Assembly: GCA_002293185.1 (NCBI GenBank)
Contig: DBCS01000002.1
Span: forward strand, 152,645 to 216,644
Length of the DNA stretch: 64,000 bases
From: Flavobacteriales bacterium UBA952
Lineage (GTDB): Bacteria > Bacteroidota > Bacteroidia > Flavobacteriales_D > Crocinitomicaceae
Direction: 5' to 3'
The notes under the pieces: model-generated
What the model was told of the DNA's origin: nothing
Database searches by the model: none
The model's input: only the letters and a program-made list of their open reading frames with translations
Part shown: positions 20,022 to 30,662 of the stretch, one piece after another
Position numbering within the stretch: the stretch's first letter is position 1
Layout: each line of letters opens with the position of its first letter
Program-made: the position numbers and the translations under genes

Positions 20022-20626
20022 GGAATTTGCATGTATTTATGCGATTGTAACGAGATTTTCCACTTTTTGTTGCGTTTGATGTAGTCTATAATAAGGGGAA
20101 GAAAGCGCTCTTGTTTCTCCCACTCTGTCTGAAGATATAATACACAATTTGGCGCTACCTTAGCTGCGTGTTGTTCAGCCCATTCAAAATCGGAGGGGTG
20201 TGCAATGACCACCTTTAACTCTTGGGCCAAAACATATGCTTCTTCAACAGGAGCTTTGAATTTTTTTGGCGAAAAACAATACCAATCAATTTGGCCTAAC
20301 AACGGGTTAACGCCGGCAGTTTCAATAGCGATTTCATAACCTGCATTTTTTAAAGCACTGGTCAACGGCGAGAGGTCATGCATTGTTGGTTCACCACCCG
20401 TAATCACGACAAAATCGGTAGCAGTTTGCCCCACAGCCTCTAGAATAGAATCAATACTCATGTATTGATCCGGGGAGATATTCCAACTTTCTTTGACGTC
20501 GCACCACACGCAGCCTACATCACAGCCGGCGAGTCGAATAAAGTAAGCTGCTCTACCACTGTGGCTTCCCTCGCCTTGAAGCGTGTAGAAGTGTTCCATG
20601 ACGGGCAAAGTAGAGTGATGTATCAT
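20018..20626 (-). CDS. queE: 7-carboxy-7-deazaguanine synthase (radical SAM)
   Basis: Cluster motif CDVGCVWCD. 202 aa, the short Bacteroidota-type QueE. Confidence 0.85.
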   Translation of the reverse strand: MIHHSTLPVMEHFYTLQGEGSHSGRAAYFIRLAGCDVGCVWCDVKESWNISPDQYMSIDSILEAVGQTATDFVVITGGEPTMHDLSPLTSALKNAGYEIAIETAGVNPLLGQIDWYCFSPKKFKAPVEEAYVLAQELKVVIAHPSDFEWAEQHAAKVAPNCVLYLQTEWEKQERFLPLIIDYIKRNKKWKISLQSHKYMQIP

Positions 20627-20644
20627 TTAGTAAAGTTACACTTT

Positions 20645-21889
20645 TCAAAAATTATTGGTTTTTAGGACATAACGCAACCAATTCATTGCGCTCAAGGCTG
20701 TCATTTCTAAGTTGCGTTCTCTGTTGTCGCCAAATTGAAATTTTCTGGCAACGGAACCCGAAGGGCCGCTTAAGCCCACCCATACCAAACCCAAAGGTTT
20801 TTCAAGCGTGCCACCGGTCGGACCCGCCACACCTGTAGTCGATAAACAATAATCAACACCTAGAATTTTTCGTCCGTTGGCAGCCATTTCAACAGCCACT
20901 TGTTCACTTACTGCACCATATTCTGCTAATGTTTCCGCGTTTACTTGTGCTATTTTTACTTTTAGGCTGTTGGAGTAGGTCAATAGCGCCCCTTGGTAAT
21001 AAGCAGATGAACCAGAAATACCCGCAATATATTTTGCAAGTAGACCCGCCGTACAGCTCTCGACTGTTCCAATTGTTGCTTTTTTTGCCCGCAATTGAGC
21101 GCCGAGCGCTGCCGCTAAATTGCTGTCGTCGTAACCATAAATATTTTCAGGGATAAGACTTTCTAATTCCTTAAAGAAAGCAGAGATTTGAGTTTTATTT
21201 TCCTTACCTGTATAAGAACTCAGTCGAAGTTTAACGATTCCAGGAGACGGTAAGTAGGCCAAACCCAAACCGGCTTCTCGAACGCGCTTTTCCCAGTCTG
21301 AAATCTGGTCAGCTAAGAAGGACTCTCCAATACCTTGCGTATGGATCGTTTTGTGGTACAGTGTTGCCCCTTTGTAGCGCTCTTCAAGCAGCGGAAAGGC
21401 CTCTTCAGTCATGATGGTTTTCATTTCATAGGGAACACCAGGTAAGGAGATGAAAATGACCTCCCTTCGTTCAAACCACATTCCTGCAGCTGTGCCGCAA
21501 CGGTTTTTTAAAATTTTGGCTTTGGTAGGCAGTGCTGCTTGTTGTGTATTTACATCGAGCATTGGTTTGTTGCGACTCGCAAAAAAGCTTTCTATTTGTT
21601 CGAGCGTTGCTTGATGAATGGCAATAGGACTCTCAAAATACTGCGCAAGTGTATATTTAGTGATGTCGTCTTTAGTTGGACCTAAACCACCCGTAATAAT
21701 GACACAGCTGGTATCAGGAAGAATTTGATCCAAAGCGTGAATAATGGAATGTTGGTCGTCGGCTATTGTCAGGCAGCGCTGTACGCGGTAACCACGGTTT
21801 GACATTTCTTGGCCAATCCAGGCTGCATTGGTGTTGACAGTTTGCCCAATGAGTAATTCGTCGCCAATGGCGAGCACCTCTACTTTCAT
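20645..21889 (-). CDS. cinA: CinA family protein (MoCF-like domain plus nicotinamide-nucleotide amidohydrolase PncC domain)
   Basis: N-terminus is EVLAIGDELLIGQTVNTNA. The C-terminus is a CinA/PncC domain. 414 aa. Confidence 0.9.
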   Translation of the reverse strand: MKVEVLAIGDELLIGQTVNTNAAWIGQEMSNRGYRVQRCLTIADDQHSIIHALDQILPDTSCVIITGGLGPTKDDITKYTLAQYFESPIAIHQATLEQIESFFASRNKPMLDVNTQQAALPTKAKILKNRCGTAAGMWFERREVIFISLPGVPYEMKTIMTEEAFPLLEERYKGATLYHKTIHTQGIGESFLADQISDWEKRVREAGLGLAYLPSPGIVKLRLSSYTGKENKTQISAFFKELESLIPENIYGYDDSNLAAALGAQLRAKKATIGTVESCTAGLLAKYIAGISGSSAYYQGALLTYSNSLKVKIAQVNAETLAEYGAVSEQVAVEMAANGRKILGVDYCLSTTGVAGPTGGTLEKPLGLVWVGLSGPSGSVARKFQFGDNRERNLEMTALSAMNWLRYVLKTNNF

Positions 21890-23319
21890 GCTTTTTTAAA
21901 TTTGGCAATTGACTCGATATGGCCAGTATGTGGAAATTGATCCACCAAAGCATATTTTTGTAGTACGTAGCCAGCATCTGTGAGGGTGGCGGCATCTCGG
22001 GCTTGGGTAGACGGATTGCAACTGATGTAAACAATGCTGTCTGCTTGAAGTGCAATAACTTTTTGAAGGGTTTTAGGCGCAATTCCGGCCCTTGGTGGGT
22101 CTAGCATGATGCGCTTAATTTTACCTTGAAAATCAGGGTATTCTTTTAAGAACTTACCGACATCTGCTGCAAAAAACTCCACGCTATGGATGCCGTTCTT
22201 AGCTGCGTTTTTGCGTGCATCTGCAATGGCTTTTTCTACGATATCAACGCCGATGATACGCACATGAGGGTTCCGTTTTGCCATCAATTGACCAATGGTT
22301 CCGGTACCACAGAAGAGATCCATAGCGATATCGCCTGGTTCAAAAGAATCTTCAAAAAGATAATCGAGGGCTTTATCGTAGAGTAGTTCGGCACATGCAG
22401 GATTGGTTTGAAAAAAACTCTCCATGCTAATTTGAAATCGAAGTCCGGAAAGTTCTTCTTCGATCACGGCTTGTCCAAAAATAAGGGATGAATGACCGTT
22501 TTCTATTTTGGCACGATCCGCAACGTTATCATTAACCGTATGCCAAAGTCCTGCAATTCTTCCAGGATGCAGTTCTTGTATAAATTGGGCAAAGGCTTGA
22601 ATGTCAAAATTTTCAATTCCTTCTTTGGAGGTCACTAAATTGATCAGTAGCTGATTATTCAAAAAGGACTTTCGTACTACGATATGTCTAAAAAAACCAA
22701 CTTTTTTGGGCGGATGCCAAGCAGGCAGACCCGATTGTTGAAGGTGGATGCGTATTTCTTTGAGTTTGTTTTCCCAATCTTGGTCGAAAAGACCACTCGC
22801 TTTATTAAGGCTTTCGACTTTCCACCACGTGCCGCGTCTTTTAAAACCAAGGGCAAAGGCGTCGTCGAGTTCTTCGTTGTTTTGCAAATCGTGTTCTATA
22901 CACGAAAAGCTATATTCCATTTTATTGCGGTAATGATAATGAGCTGGAGAGGATATAAAGCAATCAAATTTGTTAATGCTGTCCTGGATACCGCTGAGTC
23001 GGGCAAAAGTAGAAAGCGTACTCTCTTTTTTATACTGCTCTTGTATGGCAACAGGTACGTGAATATAGGGGCCACCCGAGATCTCTTGAAATTCAGAAAC
23101 GGTTTCGATTGGTGCACGTTGAAGTACTTCGAGTAATTTGGCCTCTGCGAAGGTCTTACGTTTGGTTTCTATTTTTGCCCGCACGAGTTGGCCCGGAAAG
23201 GTATTGTCTACAAAAATGACAAACGGTCCTTTTTCGGTTTCAATTCTTGCAATTCCACGGCCTCCAAATGCATAATCGACGATTTGAAGGTCAATTTCTT
23301 GTGCGCGCAGTAGGATCAT
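21886..23319 (-). CDS. rlmD: 23S rRNA (uracil-C5)-methyltransferase RlmD/RumA family
   Basis: N-terminal TRAM-like domain followed by SAM methyltransferase motifs DLFCGTGTIG, MLDPPRAG and YISCNP. Confidence 0.85.
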   Translation of the reverse strand: MILLRAQEIDLQIVDYAFGGRGIARIETEKGPFVIFVDNTFPGQLVRAKIETKRKTFAEAKLLEVLQRAPIETVSEFQEISGGPYIHVPVAIQEQYKKESTLSTFARLSGIQDSINKFDCFISSPAHYHYRNKMEYSFSCIEHDLQNNEELDDAFALGFKRRGTWWKVESLNKASGLFDQDWENKLKEIRIHLQQSGLPAWHPPKKVGFFRHIVVRKSFLNNQLLINLVTSKEGIENFDIQAFAQFIQELHPGRIAGLWHTVNDNVADRAKIENGHSSLIFGQAVIEEELSGLRFQISMESFFQTNPACAELLYDKALDYLFEDSFEPGDIAMDLFCGTGTIGQLMAKRNPHVRIIGVDIVEKAIADARKNAAKNGIHSVEFFAADVGKFLKEYPDFQGKIKRIMLDPPRAGIAPKTLQKVIALQADSIVYISCNPSTQARDAATLTDAGYVLQKYALVDQFPHTGHIESIAKFKKA

Positions 23320-24092
23320 ACCATACCTCGAATTACACCATTCTCTGCTTTTTGAATAAAGCCAATGATTTCCTCACGTAATGGGCTATTGGGCATGCTA
23401 GATTCTACCACTTTAACACCTTTTGACACATTGCTGTTCTGGACATATAGAACCCTGTAGATATCTTCTATTTCTTTGACTTGTTCCTCTGTAAAACCTC
23501 GTCTTCTTAGCCCGATGGAATTTACACCTGCAAAGGAGAGTGGCTCTCTTGCAGCTTTAACAAACGGGGGTACATCTTTTCTGATCAAAGAAGCACCACC
23601 AATAAAAGCATGTTTACCGATATGAGTAAATTGTTGAGCAGCAGCTTTTCCTTCTAAAATAGCCCAGTCGTCTATGGTTACGTGGCCAGAAAGGCCTGTG
23701 TAGCTGGCTAAAATGACGTTATTGCCAATTTGGCAATCGTGGGCAATGTGCACGTAGGTCATGAGCAGGCAGTTGTCTCCGATAACCGTTTTGAGTTTAT
23801 CGTTGGTGCCGCGGTGAATGGTTACGCACTCGCGAATTTTGGTGTGGTTCCCGATTTCTACAGTAGTGTATTCGTTGCCAAATTTTAAATCTTGCGGAAT
23901 TACACCAATACAGGCTCCGGGGAAAACATCGCAATCTTCTCCAATACGAGTGCCAGGATACAATACCGCATTGGAGTGTATATGGCAACCATTACCAATG
24001 ATAACATCTGGGTGAATAACCGCAAAAGGATCAATGCGTACGTTTTGACCTATTTGCGCATCGAGTGATACAGAAGCGAGGTTAGAAATCAT
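23316..24092 (-). CDS. lpxA: acyl-ACP:UDP-N-acetylglucosamine O-acyltransferase
   Basis: Left-handed beta-helix hexapeptide repeats plus a helical C-terminus. 258 aa, positioned after lpxC/fabZ. Confidence 0.9.
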   Translation of the reverse strand: MISNLASVSLDAQIGQNVRIDPFAVIHPDVIIGNGCHIHSNAVLYPGTRIGEDCDVFPGACIGVIPQDLKFGNEYTTVEIGNHTKIRECVTIHRGTNDKLKTVIGDNCLLMTYVHIAHDCQIGNNVILASYTGLSGHVTIDDWAILEGKAAAQQFTHIGKHAFIGGASLIRKDVPPFVKAAREPLSFAGVNSIGLRRRGFTEEQVKEIEDIYRVLYVQNSNVSKGVKVVESSMPNSPLREEIIGFIQKAENGVIRGMV

Positions 24093-25492
24093 TCTGTTTT
24101 GTCTTTGATGATTTGTGCGAGCATGCTGGCCTCTGAGACTATTTTGCCATTTACATAAGCGGTTCCGCTCATTTCTACGAGGCCCCTGCGTATCGGGGAG
24201 GTGAGTATAAGTTCGAAAACGACGGTATCCCCGGGCACTACTTTTTGCTTAAAGCGCACATTGTCAATTTTCATGAAGTAGGTGGAGTAGAGGTGTGCGT
24301 CTTCTACTTGAGATAATGCAAAAATACCGCCAACTTGAGCCATGGCTTCTATTTGTAAAACACCTGGAAATACAGGGTTCCCAGGGAAGTGGCCAGTAAA
24401 AATAGGTTCGTTCATGGTGATGTTTTTGACTCCAATAATAGAAGTAGGATGAATCTCCATGATTTTGTCTACCATCAAGAATGGGTAGCGATGTGGCAAC
24501 ATGCCTTCGATATCTTGGGTGGTATAAAATGGATCTTTGCTAAGATCGAATACGCGACCAGCTTGTTGTTGTTTTTTGATTTGCTCTTTGAGCACTTTTG
24601 CAAAGCGTACATTTCCTGAATGGCCGGGTCTAGCGGCAAGAATATGTGCTTTAATTGGTTTGCCTATCAGTGCGAGATCGCCAACGATGTCGAGTAGTTT
24701 GTGACGAGCAGGTTCGTTTTCACATTGTAGTTTATTGCTGTTCAATACGCCAATACCGTCCATGGTTACTTGAAGTTTCTCCTTTCCTAACAAATCTGCA
24801 AGGTTGTCAAGTTCGGCTTTGCTGACATCGGCTCGGTCTACCAAGACAATAGCATTGTCGAGGTCACCACCTTTGATGAGGTTATTTTTTGCTAAAATTT
24901 CGAGTTCTCGTAGAAAAACAAAGGTGCGGCAGTGTGCGATTTCTTGCTTGAATTCGCCAATGTTGTACATACTTGCATGTTGAGTGCCTAATACAGGTGA
25001 TTTGTAATCTACCATGACGGTTAGGCGATAATTGACATCCGGAATGGCTAGAAATTCAATGCCTTTTTCGAGGTCTTCCCAGGGGATGTTTTCCGTAAGC
25101 TCGAAGTAATCTCTGACGGCTTCTTGTTGCTCATAACCAACTGCTTCAATGGCTTGAACAAAAGGGAGTGCGCTTCCATCCAAAATTGGGATTTCTGGAC
25201 CGTTTAGTTTAATTAAGGCGTTGTCCACTTGGCAACCGTATAAAGCGGCTAGTACATGCTCAGTGGTGTAAACGCGAGCTCCATTTTGCTCTAAGGTGGT
25301 GCCGCGGTCAGTTGCTACTACATAATCGACATCTGCTTTGATTAGAGGTTGATTTTCGAGGTCTGTGCGTTGAAATTTATAACCGTGGTTATCGGGTGCC
25401 GGGCATATTTCTAGGCGAACTGTTTGGCCTGTGTGCAAGCCGACGCCTTCAAATACTACAGGTTCTTTAATGGTACGTTGTTGTTCTGTCAT
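24089..25492 (-). CDS. lpxC: bifunctional UDP-3-O-acyl-GlcNAc deacetylase / 3-hydroxyacyl-ACP dehydratase
   Basis: N-terminal LpxC ([10 protein letters not shown]) fused to a C-terminal FabZ hot-dog fold ([28 protein letters not shown]). This fusion is a Bacteroidota hallmark. Confidence 0.95.
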   Translation of the reverse strand: MTEQQRTIKEPVVFEGVGLHTGQTVRLEICPAPDNHGYKFQRTDLENQPLIKADVDYVVATDRGTTLEQNGARVYTTEHVLAALYGCQVDNALIKLNGPEIPILDGSALPFVQAIEAVGYEQQEAVRDYFELTENIPWEDLEKGIEFLAIPDVNYRLTVMVDYKSPVLGTQHASMYNIGEFKQEIAHCRTFVFLRELEILAKNNLIKGGDLDNAIVLVDRADVSKAELDNLADLLGKEKLQVTMDGIGVLNSNKLQCENEPARHKLLDIVGDLALIGKPIKAHILAARPGHSGNVRFAKVLKEQIKKQQQAGRVFDLSKDPFYTTQDIEGMLPHRYPFLMVDKIMEIHPTSIIGVKNITMNEPIFTGHFPGNPVFPGVLQIEAMAQVGGIFALSQVEDAHLYSTYFMKIDNVRFKQKVVPGDTVVFELILTSPIRRGLVEMSGTAYVNGKIVSEASMLAQIIKDKTE

Positions 25493-26538
25493 GCTTCTTT
25501 CTTTTTGAGCAGCTCGCCTAGTTTGTTTTCTAGGTCGTAAATTTTACGGAGGAGTTCTGGCAATTTGCGAAAGCCAAAATGCGAGCGTTTGTAATCATTA
25601 ATTGGAATGGCCGGAGTCCCCATAAGGGTTTCGGCTTTTTTAACTGTGGATGGAATGCCAGATTGGGCTACAATTTTGGTGTGGTCGGCAATACTGATAT
25701 GGCCGGCAATGCCGGTCTGACCACCGATCATGACATGCTTGCCAATTTTGGCAGAACCCGCAATCCCTACTTGGGCAGCCATGGCCGTATGTTGATCGAC
25801 GTCTACATTGTGGGCAATTTGGCACAAGTTATCGATTTTGACGCCTTTTCTGATAAAAGTTGAGCCCAATGTGGCGCGGTCTATGCTGCAATTAGAGCCA
25901 ATTTCGACGTCGTCTTCAATGACTACATTGCCAATTTGCGGTATTTTGCTATACACACCGTTTTCGTCTGGGGCAAAGCCAAAACCGTCAGAACCTATCA
26001 CGGTGCCTGCATGAATAATGCAGTTGGAACCAATACGACAATCTTTATACACGCTCACCGAAGGATAAATAGTTGTGTTTTCGCCAATACTGACCTCTTC
26101 TTGAATGACAACGTTTGGATGAATTTGACAGTTGTTGGCAATTTTGACGTTTGCGCCGATATATGCAAAAGCGCCAATATAGACGTTTTCGCCAATTTGA
26201 GCGCTTTCGTGAATGAAGGAGGGCTGTTCTATGATAGCCTCTTTTTTGTTCATGCTGTCGTAGAGTGCAAGCAATTGTGCAAAGCATGCGTAGGCATCGG
26301 TTACTTTCACAAGAGTGAGTGTAGAAGGCAGCGCCTTAGATGGTTCGAAGGTTTGATTGACAATACAAATGCTTGAACCTGTGGTGTAGATGTACGGCTC
26401 GTATGCGGGGTTGGAAAGAAAACTAAGCGCACCAGCTTCACCTTCTTCGATTTTGGCTAAAATGCTTACGACCGTGTCGGGATTGCCAATGACTTCTCCG
26501 TTTAATAAACCAGCAATCTGCGTTGCAGTGAATTCCAT
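25489..26538 (-). CDS. lpxD: UDP-3-O-(3-hydroxyacyl)glucosamine N-acyltransferase
   Basis: N-terminal UDP-binding domain followed by a long hexapeptide run. 349 aa, first gene of the lpx run. Confidence 0.9.
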   Translation of the reverse strand: MEFTATQIAGLLNGEVIGNPDTVVSILAKIEEGEAGALSFLSNPAYEPYIYTTGSSICIVNQTFEPSKALPSTLTLVKVTDAYACFAQLLALYDSMNKKEAIIEQPSFIHESAQIGENVYIGAFAYIGANVKIANNCQIHPNVVIQEEVSIGENTTIYPSVSVYKDCRIGSNCIIHAGTVIGSDGFGFAPDENGVYSKIPQIGNVVIEDDVEIGSNCSIDRATLGSTFIRKGVKIDNLCQIAHNVDVDQHTAMAAQVGIAGSAKIGKHVMIGGQTGIAGHISIADHTKIVAQSGIPSTVKKAETLMGTPAIPINDYKRSHFGFRKLPELLRKIYDLENKLGELLKKKEA

Positions 26539-26542
26539 AATT

Positions 26543-26550
26543 CAAAGTTA
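26543..26550 (-). promoter_or_regulatory. candidate -7 promoter box TAACTTTG abutting the lpxD start
   Basis: The reverse complement of caaagtta is an exact TAnnTTTG match, with a 4-nt spacer (aatt) to ATG 26538. Confidence 0.4.
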
Positions 26551-26624
26551 AAAATTCGCAGAGAAGCAACGCCTTAGAATTACTGAACTTTTAAACAATT
26601 TTTTGCCAAAATTTGTGAATTGTA

Positions 26625-27344
26625 CTAAAAATTGAGGAGTTCTTCGCTCAGGTTGTAAACTTTGATCTTGTCTTTGTACCAAATGCAAGCTGCCGCAACC
26701 TGAAGCTTAGGGCGCAGTGTTGGTCGAAATTTAAAGACATGAATGGGTCTTGGTTGTTCATTGAGCCTTGAATTTTGGTAATCAAAGGACCCGCTTAAAA
26801 GTTCTTTTTGGAGTTGGATGTCGTTAGTGATACCGAGCGCGCGCAGGTGCTCTTTGATGCCAGGGCTCGTGTCGGAATAAACTAAATTTTTGTTTTTGGG
26901 TGTATGCACTATTCCGGCGCCGTACGCGGTACTTTTTCTATTTTTGAGCGCTTTTTTGAGCAATTTAACACTGCGCACAAACGGAATGAATTCGACAACG
27001 AAGCTTTCGTCGGTCATGCGGGCCAAGCAATGCGCTTCTTTGTTGTTGCCGTCTGTAAAAGTGAGGTCATAGACTTTGTGGCGGCCGCTGCGGATGCTTT
27101 TGGTAAAAGAGACATCAGCATCTTGGATCAGCCTGTAAAATTTTTTGTCGTTGAGTTTGTGGTCTTTGTAAAAAGAACGAACATCTCGATTATCGATGAT
27201 CCAAATACGTTTGTTGATGGCATCTTTGACCCGGTTTCCCGGCGTCCAGCTACAACCCCGTGTATTGAAAATACCGAAAGTAAGGATGAGGCCAAGTCCG
27301 AAACCTAGTCCGTAATAACGCAGTCTTCTCCAGAATGATTCCAT
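26625..27344 (-). CDS. hypothetical membrane-anchored protein
   Basis: 239 aa with one N-terminal TM helix (YYGLGFGLGLILTFGIF). I recognise no motif. Confidence 0.6.
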   Translation of the reverse strand: MESFWRRLRYYGLGFGLGLILTFGIFNTRGCSWTPGNRVKDAINKRIWIIDNRDVRSFYKDHKLNDKKFYRLIQDADVSFTKSIRSGRHKVYDLTFTDGNNKEAHCLARMTDESFVVEFIPFVRSVKLLKKALKNRKSTAYGAGIVHTPKNKNLVYSDTSPGIKEHLRALGITNDIQLQKELLSGSFDYQNSRLNEQPRPIHVFKFRPTLRPKLQVAAACIWYKDKIKVYNLSEELLNF

Positions 27345-27349
27345 GGCAT

Positions 27350-27373
27350 AAAAAAAGGGAGCGAACTCCCTTT
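27350..27373 (-). terminator. Rho-independent terminator after trxA
   Basis: On the minus strand: GGGAG, loop ttcg, CTCCC, flanked by AAA/TTT and followed by a T7 run. It sits 6 nt after the trxA stop. Confidence 0.75.
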
Positions 27374-27378
27374 CAAAT

Positions 27379-27696
27379 TTACATGAGTGCGTCTAATTTC
27401 TCTGCGAGTACTGCTTTTGGAACTGCACCAACTGATTTATCGACTACTTCGCCATTTTTAATAAATAGAATGGTTGGAATCGAGCGCACGCCAAACTGAG
27501 CAGATACGCCCATGTTGTGATCGACATTTACTTTACCGATGAGGGCTCTTCCTTCGTACTCTTGATGCATTTCTTCAATAACTGGGCCGATCATGCGACA
27601 CGGACCACACCACTCTGCCCAAAAATCGATGATCACTGGCTTGTCTGATTTCATTACGAGCTCATCAAAGTTTTGGTCTGTAATTTCTACTGCCAT
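27379..27696 (-). CDS. trxA: thioredoxin
   Basis: 105 aa with active site WCGPC. Confidence 0.95.
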   Translation of the reverse strand: MAVEITDQNFDELVMKSDKPVIIDFWAEWCGPCRMIGPVIEEMHQEYEGRALIGKVNVDHNMGVSAQFGVRSIPTILFIKNGEVVDKSVGAVPKAVLAEKLDALM

Positions 27697-27732
27697 TTTA
27701 TAATTTTTTTGTCGTTACTAACTTAGGAGCGT

Positions 27733-27740
27733 CAAAATTA
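27733..27740 (-). promoter_or_regulatory. candidate -7 promoter box TAATTTTG for trxA
   Basis: Exact TAnnTTTG match on the minus strand, overlapping the uvrA stop codon and 36 nt upstream of the trxA ATG. Confidence 0.3.
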
Positions 27741-30560
27741 ACGCTTTTTTAATTCTTGGGCCAAATATTTTGCGGTGTAGGATACTTTTTGCGCTTTTTT
27801 CACCATTTGTTGAGGACTGCCTTCAAAAAGTACTTGTCCTCCGCGCTGCCCACCTTCGGGTCCTATATCGATAATGTAATCGGCAGTTTTAATCATGTCG
27901 AGGTTATGTTCTATTACTACGACGGTGTTTCCTTCATCTACAAGTCTTTGCAGTACTTTGAGCAGTAATTGAATATCTTCAAAGTGCAGACCGGTCGAGG
28001 GCTCATCTAAAATATATATGGTTTTACCGGTGGCGCGTTTGGCAAGTTCAGCAGCTAATTTAATACGCTGTGCTTCTCCGCCTGAAAGCGTGGTAGAAGA
28101 TTGCCCAAGTTGAACATAACCTAACCCTACTTCTTCGAGCGTTAGGAGCATTCGATGAATTTTTGGTTGATTTTCAAAGAAAATACATCCCTCAGCTATT
28201 GTCATTTGCAGGACGTCCGCAATGGTTTTTCCTTTGTAGCGAACTTCAAGCGTTTCGTTGTTGTAGCGTTTGCCGTTACACTGTTCGCACAAGACATATA
28301 CATCAGGTAAGAAATTCATTTCAATTAAACGCATTCCACCTCCGTTACAGGTTTCGCATTTGCCACCCGCCACATTAAAAGAAAACCGCCCTGCCTTGTA
28401 GCCTCGGATAAGTGCTTCGGGCATACTTGCAAATAAACTCCTGATTTCGTCAAATACTTTGGTGTAGGTGACAGGGTTAGAGCGTGGTGTTCGGCCAATT
28501 GGACTTTGATCTATTTCAATCACTTTGTCGAGGTATTCTAGTCCTTTGATCTGTTTGAATGGCAACGGTGTTCGAATAGGGTCGTAGAAATGATTCATTA
28601 GAATGGGGAAAAGCGTCTGATTGATCAATGACGACTTTCCACTACCGCTAACCCCCGTTACAAAGGTGAAAGTTCCGAGTGGAATTTGGATGGACGCATT
28701 TTTTAGGTTATGACCCGTAGCGCCTTTTAATTGTAGAAAATTGCCGTTTCCAGGTCTATTTTTTTTGGGTATTTCGATATTTCTTGTACCATTTAAATAC
28801 CCCGCAGTAACGGTATCACTGTGCAGCATATCGGCGTATGTACCTGCAAAAACAATCTGGCCACCATGGCGTCCTGCACCCGGGCCAATATCCACAATGA
28901 AATCGGCAGCCTCCATCATTTCTTTGTCGTGCTCAACGACTAAAACAGTATTGCCAATGTCTCGTAATTTCGTGAGTGAACGAATAAGCTTGGTGTTGTC
29001 TCGTTGGTGAAGGCCAATAGACGGTTCATCTAAAATATAAAGAACGTTTAATAGTTCTGTTCCAATTTGTGTTGCTAGTCTTATGCGTTGAGCTTCGCCA
29101 CCTGAGAGCGTTTTTGCACTGCGGTGCATGGTGAGGTAGTCCAGGCCAACTTCTAGGATGAAACCCAAACGCGCATTGATTTCTTTGATTATTTCTTTAC
29201 CAATAAATAGGGCTTGCGCATCGAGCATTTCAGGTAATTTGGCACACCATTCTTGAAGGGCTTGCAAATCCATGATGGCAAGCTCACCAATGTGCTGTTC
29301 GCCAATTTTAAAATGCAGCGCTTCATTTTTGAGACGAAAGCCTTGGCAGTCTGGGCAAGCTTTTTTATGCATAAAACCTTGGGCCCAGCGTTCAATTGCG
29401 GTAGATGAATCTTCGGCGTGCCGGCCCATAAAATGAAGCAGTCCTTCAAAGCGTTCTTGGGCATCTAAAGGCCCCAGTTCCATGTCTTCATTGCCGTAAA
29501 GCAACAACTCTACAAGTTCTTGGTCGATGTCTGCGATTGGCGTGTGCAATGAGCATTGATTGGCTTGTAAAATTTTTTCAATTTTGTCAAAAATCCATGA
29601 TTTTTTGTAGGGGCCAAGTGGTGCAAGTCCACCTTTTCGGATGGAAAGCTTAGGATCTGGGATGATTTTATCTTTATCCATTTCACTGACTTCGCCAAGG
29701 CCTTTACAGGTGGTACACGCACCATAGGGAGAGTTGAATGAAAAAAGATTAGGTTCAGGCTCTGGGTAGGAGATGCCACTCGTAGGACACATCAATGACC
29801 TGCTAAAATGCCGCGTATTTCCGTTTTCTAGATCTAGCACCATGAGGGTGCCCTCGCCGAGCTTCATGCAAGTTTGTATGGTTTCCAAGCAGCGTTTTTG
29901 GTCAACCTCGCCTGCTATAAAACGATCGACAACGATTTCAATGTCGTGGGTTTTATAGCGATCTAATTTGATACTTTTGCTTAACTCGAGCAATTGGCCA
30001 TCAACCCGAACACGAATATAGCCCATGCGCTGAACTTGCTCAAAAAGTTCGCGGTAGTGTCCTTTTCGGCCTTTAACCTTGGGGGCAAGTAGGGCTACTT
30101 TTTTACCTTTGAAAGTATCTTGAACAAGGTGAGTAATCTCGTTATCGGCATATTGAACCATTTTTTCTCCGGTTTGAAAGGAGTAGGCAGTAGCGGTTCT
30201 TGCAAACAAAAGGCGAAAAAAGTCGTATAATTCTGTGATGGTTCCTACGGTTGATCTTGGCGAGCGTCCAACTGTTTTTTGCTCTATGGCAATAACCGGG
30301 CTGAGGCCATCGATTTTGTCGACGTCGGGCCGTTCTAGACTGCCAATAAATTGCCGTACATAGGCTGAAAAGGTATCTAAATAGCGGCGTTGCCCCTCGG
30401 CAAAGATGGTATCGAAAGCCAATGAAGATTTACCACTACCACTGAGACCTGTAAAAACAACGAGCTTTTGACGAGGGATATCGAGATGTAGGTCTTTGAG
30501 GTTGTGTTCTCGTGCGCCTTGAATTCGAATGAAATCGTTGGGGTTAGAATACTTCGACAT
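27738..30560 (-). CDS. uvrA: excinuclease ABC subunit A
   Basis: 940 aa with two ABC modules ([20 protein letters not shown]; LSGGEAQR twice) and CxxC zinc modules. Confidence 0.97.
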   Translation of the reverse strand: MSKYSNPNDFIRIQGAREHNLKDLHLDIPRQKLVVFTGLSGSGKSSLAFDTIFAEGQRRYLDTFSAYVRQFIGSLERPDVDKIDGLSPVIAIEQKTVGRSPRSTVGTITELYDFFRLLFARTATAYSFQTGEKMVQYADNEITHLVQDTFKGKKVALLAPKVKGRKGHYRELFEQVQRMGYIRVRVDGQLLELSKSIKLDRYKTHDIEIVVDRFIAGEVDQKRCLETIQTCMKLGEGTLMVLDLENGNTRHFSRSLMCPTSGISYPEPEPNLFSFNSPYGACTTCKGLGEVSEMDKDKIIPDPKLSIRKGGLAPLGPYKKSWIFDKIEKILQANQCSLHTPIADIDQELVELLLYGNEDMELGPLDAQERFEGLLHFMGRHAEDSSTAIERWAQGFMHKKACPDCQGFRLKNEALHFKIGEQHIGELAIMDLQALQEWCAKLPEMLDAQALFIGKEIIKEINARLGFILEVGLDYLTMHRSAKTLSGGEAQRIRLATQIGTELLNVLYILDEPSIGLHQRDNTKLIRSLTKLRDIGNTVLVVEHDKEMMEAADFIVDIGPGAGRHGGQIVFAGTYADMLHSDTVTAGYLNGTRNIEIPKKNRPGNGNFLQLKGATGHNLKNASIQIPLGTFTFVTGVSGSGKSSLINQTLFPILMNHFYDPIRTPLPFKQIKGLEYLDKVIEIDQSPIGRTPRSNPVTYTKVFDEIRSLFASMPEALIRGYKAGRFSFNVAGGKCETCNGGGMRLIEMNFLPDVYVLCEQCNGKRYNNETLEVRYKGKTIADVLQMTIAEGCIFFENQPKIHRMLLTLEEVGLGYVQLGQSSTTLSGGEAQRIKLAAELAKRATGKTIYILDEPSTGLHFEDIQLLLKVLQRLVDEGNTVVVIEHNLDMIKTADYIIDIGPEGGQRGGQVLFEGSPQQMVKKAQKVSYTAKYLAQELKKR

Positions 30561-30649
30561 TGTTCTTTTTAATGAGGGTCAAAATGCGCCGGCGTCAACA
30601 AGCATTAGAATTGCCGATTTAGCGACATTTTAGGATTGCAAAATTACAT

Positions 30650-30657
30650 TAAATTTG
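30650..30657 (+). promoter_or_regulatory. candidate -7 promoter box TAAATTTG abutting the dacB start
   Basis: Exact TAnnTTTG match with a 5-nt spacer (tctat) to ATG 30663. Confidence 0.4.
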
Positions 30658-30662
30658 TCTAT

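Noticed and set aside
22684-23136. 150-aa plus-strand ORF antisense to rlmD.
   Set aside because: The same reasoning applies. The sense frame carries TRAM and methyltransferase motifs, and the antisense product is F/K/R-rich noise.
25936-26376. 146-aa plus-strand ORF antisense to lpxD, with smaller antisense ORFs at 25579..25863, 25808..26014 and 26045..26287.
   Set aside because: Hexapeptide-repeat (LbH) genes are codon-periodic and typically leave long open antisense frames. The translation is low-complexity (C/N/V/F-rich) with no motif, and the sense strand encodes a complete, well-supported LpxD.
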